IMG/VR virus record: IMGVR_UViG_3300042429_001107
Length of the DNA stretch: 64,000 nt
Reading direction: 5' to 3' (one strand)
DNA from: a virus
Shown here: positions 58,979 through 64,000 of the stretch, one piece after another
How the letters are laid out: every line of letters starts with the position of its first letter
How positions within the stretch are numbered: position 1 is the stretch's first letter
Made by a program: the position numbers and the translations under genes
Notes under the pieces: model-generated
Seen by the model: only the letters and a program-made list of their open reading frames with translations
Told to the model about the DNA's origin: nothing
Database searches by the model: none

Positions 58979-59756
58979 ATATAATAAGATTCTTATAGCA
59001 GGTCCTTGCGTAATTCAAAGTTGGGACACTTGTTATGAGGTAGCTATTGAAATTAAAAGATGTGCACTTCTGTATAATTTTACACCTATCTTCAAAGCAA
59101 GTTTTGATAAAGCTAATAGAACTTCGTCTAATGGATTTAGAGGCGTTGGTATAGATAAAGGATTAGATATACTATCTAAGATCAAACAGAGGCTAGATAT
59201 ACCTGTTATAACGGATGTACACGAAACTGAACAAGTTGAGCAAGTAGCATCAGTTGTGGATTACTTACAAGTTCCTGCTTTTTTGTCTAGACAGACAGAT
59301 CTTATTGAAGCATGTGCTAAAACAGGATTACCTGTGTTAGTTAAAAAAGGACAATTTCTTTCTCCTGAAAGTTGTAAATTCATTGAGGATAAATTTTACA
59401 AAGCTGGGGGTACACAATTACTAATAGGTGAAAGGGGTAACAGCTTTGGGTATAATGATTTGATAGTTGATGTCACATCAATTTCTAGATTAAAAAAATC
59501 CTGCGAAAATTCAAAGATTATAATGGATTGCACACACAGTCTGCAAAGACCCAATGGAATTTACGGAAAGACAGAAGGGAGAGGTGATATGATCGAAGAG
59601 ATGGTAAAATATGCTTCAGTAATGAATGCTGATGGAATATTTATAGAAACACATCCATACCCAGAACTCTCCCCGTCGGATTCTGAAAATATGTTAGAAC
59701 TTAGTAAATTTGAAAATATAATAAAAAAATCAAGATCGATATATGATACCCACTAA
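58968..59756 (+). CDS. kdsA: Kdo-8-phosphate synthase
   Basis: IAGPCVI, FKASFDKANRTS, TDVHE, QVPAFLSRQTDL, KKGQFLSP, ERGNSFGY, DCTHSLQ, FIETHP. Confidence 0.93.
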   Translation: MEIKYNKILIAGPCVIQSWDTCYEVAIEIKRCALLYNFTPIFKASFDKANRTSSNGFRGVGIDKGLDILSKIKQRLDIPVITDVHETEQVEQVASVVDYLQVPAFLSRQTDLIEACAKTGLPVLVKKGQFLSPESCKFIEDKFYKAGGTQLLIGERGNSFGYNDLIVDVTSISRLKKSCENSKIIMDCTHSLQRPNGIYGKTEGRGDMIEEMVKYASVMNADGIFIETHPYPELSPSDSENMLELSKFENIIKKSRSIYDTH

Positions 59757-60459
59757 ATTAATGGATATAGTGATTGTTAGCTATGCTAAAGATGACTACT
59801 GTAAGGGTTTAACTGAAAATTGTATAAAGTCAATTCTAGAGTCAGAAAATTATTCTGAGAAGCTATTTAATATAATTGTTGTTGAATCTGAACCTGGTGT
59901 AAAATGGGAACATCTATCCGATATAGTTCACACATTTGAAGCTCCTTTACCTTATGGTTATCACAAATTTCTTAACTTTGGTAGAAAGCAGGGAAATTCA
60001 CAATTCGTTGCTCTCTGTAATAATGATTTAGAATTTAAAGAAAAATGGTTTACTAATATAATGAAAGCATCTGTTATGGAATCTGATGTCATATCATTTT
60101 CTCCTATATGTCCGATGACTCAGACAATTTACGAGATATACGAGCACTCAGGAAATATTGAAGGATACGAAATAAGAAAACATATATCTGGATGGTGTAT
60201 AATACACAAGAGGGAAATTTATAATATAATTGGGGATCTTGATGAAAGATTTCATCATTGGTTCTGTGATAATGATTATTCAATGGAGCTTCAATATCAT
60301 GGACTTAAACACATGCTTGTCACTGATTCAATTGTGATACATCACGATAAAAATATAGGAAAAACCACAGAAAGAGTTATAACTGATAGAAATCAGATGT
60401 ATGATATGACTAGTGGTTCTTTGCCTATCTTTCAAGAAAAATGGAGAAATAAAATATAA
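59743..60459 (+). CDS. GT2 glycosyltransferase
   Basis: IVIVSY, ALCNNDL, GDLDERF..WFCDND. Confidence 0.8.
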   Translation: MIPTKLMDIVIVSYAKDDYCKGLTENCIKSILESENYSEKLFNIIVVESEPGVKWEHLSDIVHTFEAPLPYGYHKFLNFGRKQGNSQFVALCNNDLEFKEKWFTNIMKASVMESDVISFSPICPMTQTIYEIYEHSGNIEGYEIRKHISGWCIIHKREIYNIIGDLDERFHHWFCDNDYSMELQYHGLKHMLVTDSIVIHHDKNIGKTTERVITDRNQMYDMTSGSLPIFQEKWRNKI

Positions 60460-60469
60460 AATATAAAAT

Positions 60470-61093
60470 ATGAAAAGATATGAAATGATCAACCGTGTTA
60501 TCGAATCAAAAGGATACACGAATTATTTAGAAATAGGAGTGAGAGACGGTGAATGCTTCAAAGAGATTTGCTGTAAGAATAAAACCGGGGTGGATCCTAA
60601 TCCCACTAGTGATCATACAACACATATAATGACTTCTGACGATTTCTTTTATGAATTAGACGAGAATTCTATGTTTGATGTGATATTCATTGATGGGTTA
60701 CACTTAGATCATCAAGTAAATAAAGATATTGAAAATTCATTAAAGCATTTAAAAGAAGGTGGAACTATACTTCTTCATGATTGTAATCCACCAACTAAAT
60801 ATCATGCTGCAGAATCTCCTGTTTATTCTGCACCTGCTAACGGTGATTGGAATGGTACTGTGTATCTTTCCTTGATTAATTTAAGATTATACAGAAATAA
60901 TTTGAGATTAAGAACGGTGGATTCTGATTGGGGAGTTGGCTTATTAACAAAAGAGACGAGCGAGACTTTAAATGCTTTTCCTAATGATGCTATGTCATGG
61001 GAATTCTTTTATGAAAACCGACAAGAAATACTCGATTTAGTTACAGTTGATGAATTTATTAATCTTTATCCTGTCAATCTTCTAGTTGACTAA
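60470..61093 (+). CDS. Class I SAM methyltransferase (Methyltransf_24-like)
   Basis: YLEIGV, GVDP, TSDDFF, FDVIFIDGLH, LLHDCNP. Confidence 0.85.
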   Translation: MKRYEMINRVIESKGYTNYLEIGVRDGECFKEICCKNKTGVDPNPTSDHTTHIMTSDDFFYELDENSMFDVIFIDGLHLDHQVNKDIENSLKHLKEGGTILLHDCNPPTKYHAAESPVYSAPANGDWNGTVYLSLINLRLYRNNLRLRTVDSDWGVGLLTKETSETLNAFPNDAMSWEFFYENRQEILDLVTVDEFINLYPVNLLVD

Positions 61094-61094
61094 T

Positions 61095-61122
61095 GAAATT
61101 ATTCCAATTTATTAGAGTATAA
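61095..61122 (+). promoter_or_regulatory. Class-2 promoter GAAAT-N17-GTATAA
   Basis: Fills the gap before ATG 61131. Confidence 0.65.
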
Positions 61123-61130
61123 AATTTATT

Positions 61131-61391
61131 ATGAAAATAGAAAATGGTTATAAACTATGTTTGACTAAAGAAAAAGGCAAGACTAAAATAGAGATAACTA
61201 GGCATAAAAATCCAGTAATGGATAATATTTTAATAATAAACAGCATAGGAAGTACAAGATACGAAGACACATGGATAATAGAGAAAGATTTAGATGGATG
61301 GTTATCCAGTTTAAAAAATGAAGGTTTTACTGAAATAAATATAAATGAGGATGTGGAATCTCCTAAAGAAAATAATAAGAAAAAAAAATAA
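61131..61391 (+). CDS. Hypothetical protein
   Basis: 86-aa ORF behind a class-2 promoter. Confidence 0.6.
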   Translation: MKIENGYKLCLTKEKGKTKIEITRHKNPVMDNILIINSIGSTRYEDTWIIEKDLDGWLSSLKNEGFTEININEDVESPKENNKKKK

Positions 61392-61392
61392 G

Positions 61393-61971
61393 ATGGAAAA
61401 CATAGAAGAAATCGATATTGAGTACCTTGATAAAGAACTAAGCCCTTTTGTTTATAAATGGACCAAAGGAGATAACGATGGGGAAATATGTGAATATGAA
61501 AACTTATTTAAAGATCCAACTACTGGAATTATTTGGATAAACTTTAGAGGTGGTAGTAGAATTAATTATTTATTATTAAATGATTTTATGCTACAGATAG
61601 AACCTTCAGCGGTTAAGGAAGAAGCTATAGAGCAATTAGCAAATCTTCCAATGAGAAATGTTATGCTTTCTGATAATAAATCTAAAGTTACACTTCCTGA
61701 TAATCCTATTGTTTCTTTATTACAGAAACAAAAGCCAAACTGGGTCGAGGTTGGTATTAATCTTAAATTGAATCTACCTACTAAGAATCTTTATAATGTA
61801 TTAACTAGCTCTTTTGAAGATGCGGAAGAAGAAATTATAGAATTTGTAGTGAGGGATCTTGATATAGAATTAATTAAAGACAGTTTGAGGATAAATATAA
61901 AAGATATATATAATAAAAGTAATGGAACTTTACGAAAAAGCGGATCCCAAGATAATACAAAAGACGGGTAA
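61393..61971 (+). CDS. Hypothetical protein
   Basis: ORF 61345..61971 with start moved to ATG 61393, just after the upstream stop. Confidence 0.65.
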   Translation: MENIEEIDIEYLDKELSPFVYKWTKGDNDGEICEYENLFKDPTTGIIWINFRGGSRINYLLLNDFMLQIEPSAVKEEAIEQLANLPMRNVMLSDNKSKVTLPDNPIVSLLQKQKPNWVEVGINLKLNLPTKNLYNVLTSSFEDAEEEIIEFVVRDLDIELIKDSLRINIKDIYNKSNGTLRKSGSQDNTKDG

Positions 61972-62485
61972 TATAGAGGTTATTGATATAGATGACCATT
62001 TATTTATACGACAAATAAATCCAGGGGTTATTATAATGCCTTACACTTCCGATGAGTCAGGATTCCCTGTTAAAATAGGTGTTATTTCTGAGGTATTAGA
62101 TCAAAGACCTGGTGGAATGTCTATGACACTTATTACGGGATCGACAGAAGATGATGATAAAAATATTTATCAAACAGCAGTTAGGGAGTTAAGGGAGGAA
62201 TCAGGATTTGAAATTAAAGATTTAAAAAGATGGAAATTCTTAGGAAGTCTATACACATCTAAAATGGTTATGAACTCCAATCCTTGTTTTGCTGTTGATA
62301 TTACAGGGACTGTAGCTGAGGAGAAAGAAACTGACGGATCACAATCAGAGAAAGATTCAAAATTTGAATTAATTAGTGTGGACAATGCTTTGGATCTAGA
62401 AGATTCATTAGTTAGCACTTTATTTATAAAAACATTTAAAAACCTTTTTAATAAAAATGAACAAGATACAGAATCTCCCGAATAG
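61922..62485 (+). CDS. Nudix hydrolase
   Basis: GSTEDDDKNIYQTAVRELREESG Nudix box; GATATATA at 61903-61910. Confidence 0.85.
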   Translation: MELYEKADPKIIQKTGNIEVIDIDDHLFIRQINPGVIIMPYTSDESGFPVKIGVISEVLDQRPGGMSMTLITGSTEDDDKNIYQTAVRELREESGFEIKDLKRWKFLGSLYTSKMVMNSNPCFAVDITGTVAEEKETDGSQSEKDSKFELISVDNALDLEDSLVSTLFIKTFKNLFNKNEQDTESPE

Positions 62486-62645
62486 AAAGGATAGAAGAAA
62501 AATGGCCAAAGACCTTGGTCTTTTTGGTAAGAAAAAAGATAAAGCAGAAACGGCTGAATCTAAAGAAAGAACTAAAGCTGTAGGAAATCTTATTAGACTT
62601 AGGAATCTTACGGAGCAAAGAAATAATAACAAAACTAAAGACTAA
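62457..62645 (+). CDS. Small basic hypothetical protein
   Basis: 62 aa, NRKDRRKMAK. Confidence 0.5.
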   Translation: MNKIQNLPNRKDRRKMAKDLGLFGKKKDKAETAESKERTKAVGNLIRLRNLTEQRNNNKTKD

Positions 62646-62648
62646 AAG

Positions 62649-62978
62649 TTGGAGTGTTTTAAATCATTTATAGTATCAAAATCTGATAAGGTTAAAACAA
62701 TAGATACAGATTCTATTGGTCCTTATCATGTTATAGATGTAAATATGTGGTTTAAAACAAACAGTTTAACCCCTTCAAATATGAACGAAATTCGCCAATA
62801 CATATTTGAAGAATGGCTACATAAAAAAATAGTTACTTCTAAAACAAAAGTTGTTTCTGGTAGTAACTTAGTGGTAGTTTATGATAGTCCTACCGATCCT
62901 TTTATTGATTTATTAAAAAATAAAATTTCCGAAATTCTTGAATTTGAATTTTGTGATATTATTTTAATAGATGAATAG
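62649..62978 (+). CDS. Hypothetical protein
   Basis: 109-aa ORF, TTG start. Confidence 0.5.
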   Translation: MECFKSFIVSKSDKVKTIDTDSIGPYHVIDVNMWFKTNSLTPSNMNEIRQYIFEEWLHKKIVTSKTKVVSGSNLVVVYDSPTDPFIDLLKNKISEILEFEFCDIILIDE

Positions 62979-62997
62979 AAAGTAAGGTATATAATAC

Positions 62998-64000
62998 ATG
63001 GCAGCACCTTTCTCATTTTCATCAGATGTACAAGATTTTGAAAGATCTGGTAAGAATATATTTAAGTTCGATAGCGACAAAGTATTTGCTACATACGAAC
63101 TATCCGATCTAGCAACTCTTCCTAAAAGTTTATTTTATGATGCTGCAACAGCAGATGGTGCGGGATATGCTGGTCTTTTTGCTTATTATGTTTTAGGTAG
63201 GGGTGCTGGAGGACAAAATGTTAAATACCATTTATCTGAGACAACTAATGAATTAAAAAACGTAACATCACAAGAATCAAGAAATCCCACAGCAGCTCAA
63301 ATAATATCAATAACTTCAGGAAAAACTAGTGAAAACTCTGTGCCTGCTTATTTAGATCCTAAAAGTCCTTATAGAGGACAACTTTATAATGTTAAGGATT
63401 TTATATTTTGTAAATATTATGGTATTATTCCTAATAATAGGATGATAACTTTGAGAAGATTTCCGCATCCTACATTAGATTCACTAAGAACTATTCCAGA
63501 TGGAGGTGTTGGAGATTTTGGATTTTCTCAGAAAGATAAAAAGAAAATAACTTTTGAAGCTAGAGGAGTTCCTGAACTAGGTAAATTACATGATAAAACT
63601 GGGGAACTTAACACATCCCTTCCTGTTGCACAAGCGGTTACATTTTTTGGTGGTGACACAGGTAACTCACTATCCACTGTATTAGGAATAAACACGGGTT
63701 TAAATTTTGGCGTACAGACACAGGAAGCTGTAAAAAATGAACAAACAGGGGATCCTGGGTTAATGAATTCTCCATATGGAGATTTAATAAAATCTTTAAT
63801 AACTGGGACTGGAATAGATTTTGATCCAGAGGTAGCGGATAATTTAGCTGGTACATTATTAACTCCGGAGAAAAACAGAAACAGATTACAAAGAATGTTA
63901 TTAGATCAGGCAGTAAGTGAAGACGGGCCGTTATCTAAAAAAATATTTGTCAATGTAAATACTGTTAATCAGATGATGATCAGATCGCAAGGTTTTAATG
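62998..64000 (+). CDS. 3'-truncated hypothetical protein, likely structural; missing from the ORF track
   Basis: ATG 62998 opens MAAPFSFSSDVQ...DFIFCKYYGIIPNNRMITLRRFPHP...PVAQAVTFFGG and appears to run off the window; GGTATATA 4 nt upstream. Confidence 0.75.
   Translation, partial: MAAPFSFSSDVQDFERSGKNIFKFDSDKVFATYELSDLATLPKSLFYDAATADGAGYAGLFAYYVLGRGAGGQNVKYHLSETTNELKNVTSQESRNPTAAQIISITSGKTSENSVPAYLDPKSPYRGQLYNVKDFIFCKYYGIIPNNRMITLRRFPHPTLDSLRTIPDGGVGDFGFSQKDKKKITFEARGVPELGKLHDKTGELNTSLPVAQAVTFFGGDTGNSLSTVLGINTGLNFGVQTQEAVKNEQTGDPGLMNSPYGDLIKSLITGTGIDFDPEVADNLAGTLLTPEKNRNRLQRMLLDQAVSEDGPLSKKIFVNVNTVNQMMIRSQGFN

Noticed and set aside
38077-61093. Bacterial O-antigen or capsule locus (cellular contig or chimera)
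   Set aside because: No flippase, polymerase, initiating transferase or export genes seen; it shares the class-2 promoter motif with genes inside the phage head and fibre modules
10066-63856. Other short nested or antisense ORFs in the track (e.g. 10340, 15978, 18714, 20762, 21653, 29851, 35514, 39564, 46714, 57282, 62170, 63638)
   Set aside because: Fully overlap well-supported genes and show no motifs of their own
1-64000. Stop-codon reassignment as in Lak phages
   Set aside because: Conserved genes are full length in code 11, and TAG, TGA and TAA all end genes at sensible boundaries

Overview
This AT-rich 64 kb window looks like part of a large T4-like (jumbo) myophage genome in the standard genetic code. 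The host is probably Bacteroidota (inference). It has three blocks. (1) 1-14.9 kb: the 3' part of a giant fibre gene in frame +2 (<2..9694), which the ORF track shows mostly as shadow-frame ORFs. It holds about 952 in-phase, Ser/Thr-dominated Gly-X-Y triplets and a globular C-terminus. It is followed by three paralogous ~165-aa beta-rich proteins and a 1113-aa multi-domain glycosyltransferase ending in a TibC/Aah-type protein O-heptosyltransferase domain. (2) 15-38 kb: head module with a gp21-like prohead protease fused to a 14-aa-repeat scaffold, a gp23-like major capsid protein, and about a dozen proteins with T4 capsid-targeting-like motifs and [LIV]xE cleavage sites. These include a nucleotidyltransferase, PG-binding/SH3 proteins and a poly-Asp/Glu protein. 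Also here: a RimK-protease fusion, AsnB, a P-loop kinase, a 3'-5' exonuclease and a degenerate UvsE. (3) 38-61 kb: a 27-gene glycan island (Gmd/ColD/ColC-Fcl, KdsD/KdsA, NeuA-cupin, AroB-like cyclase, GmhA-like, GT2/7/10/11/25/29/MAF, methyltransferases). Two promoter-like motifs split the genes: GATATATA before virion genes and G(A/G)AA(C/T)-N16/17-(G/C)TA(T/A)AA before enzyme genes. The best candidate new system is phage-encoded O-glycosylation of a micron-scale Gly-Ser/Thr virion fibre. All family calls come from motif recognition by eye; no database searches were run.
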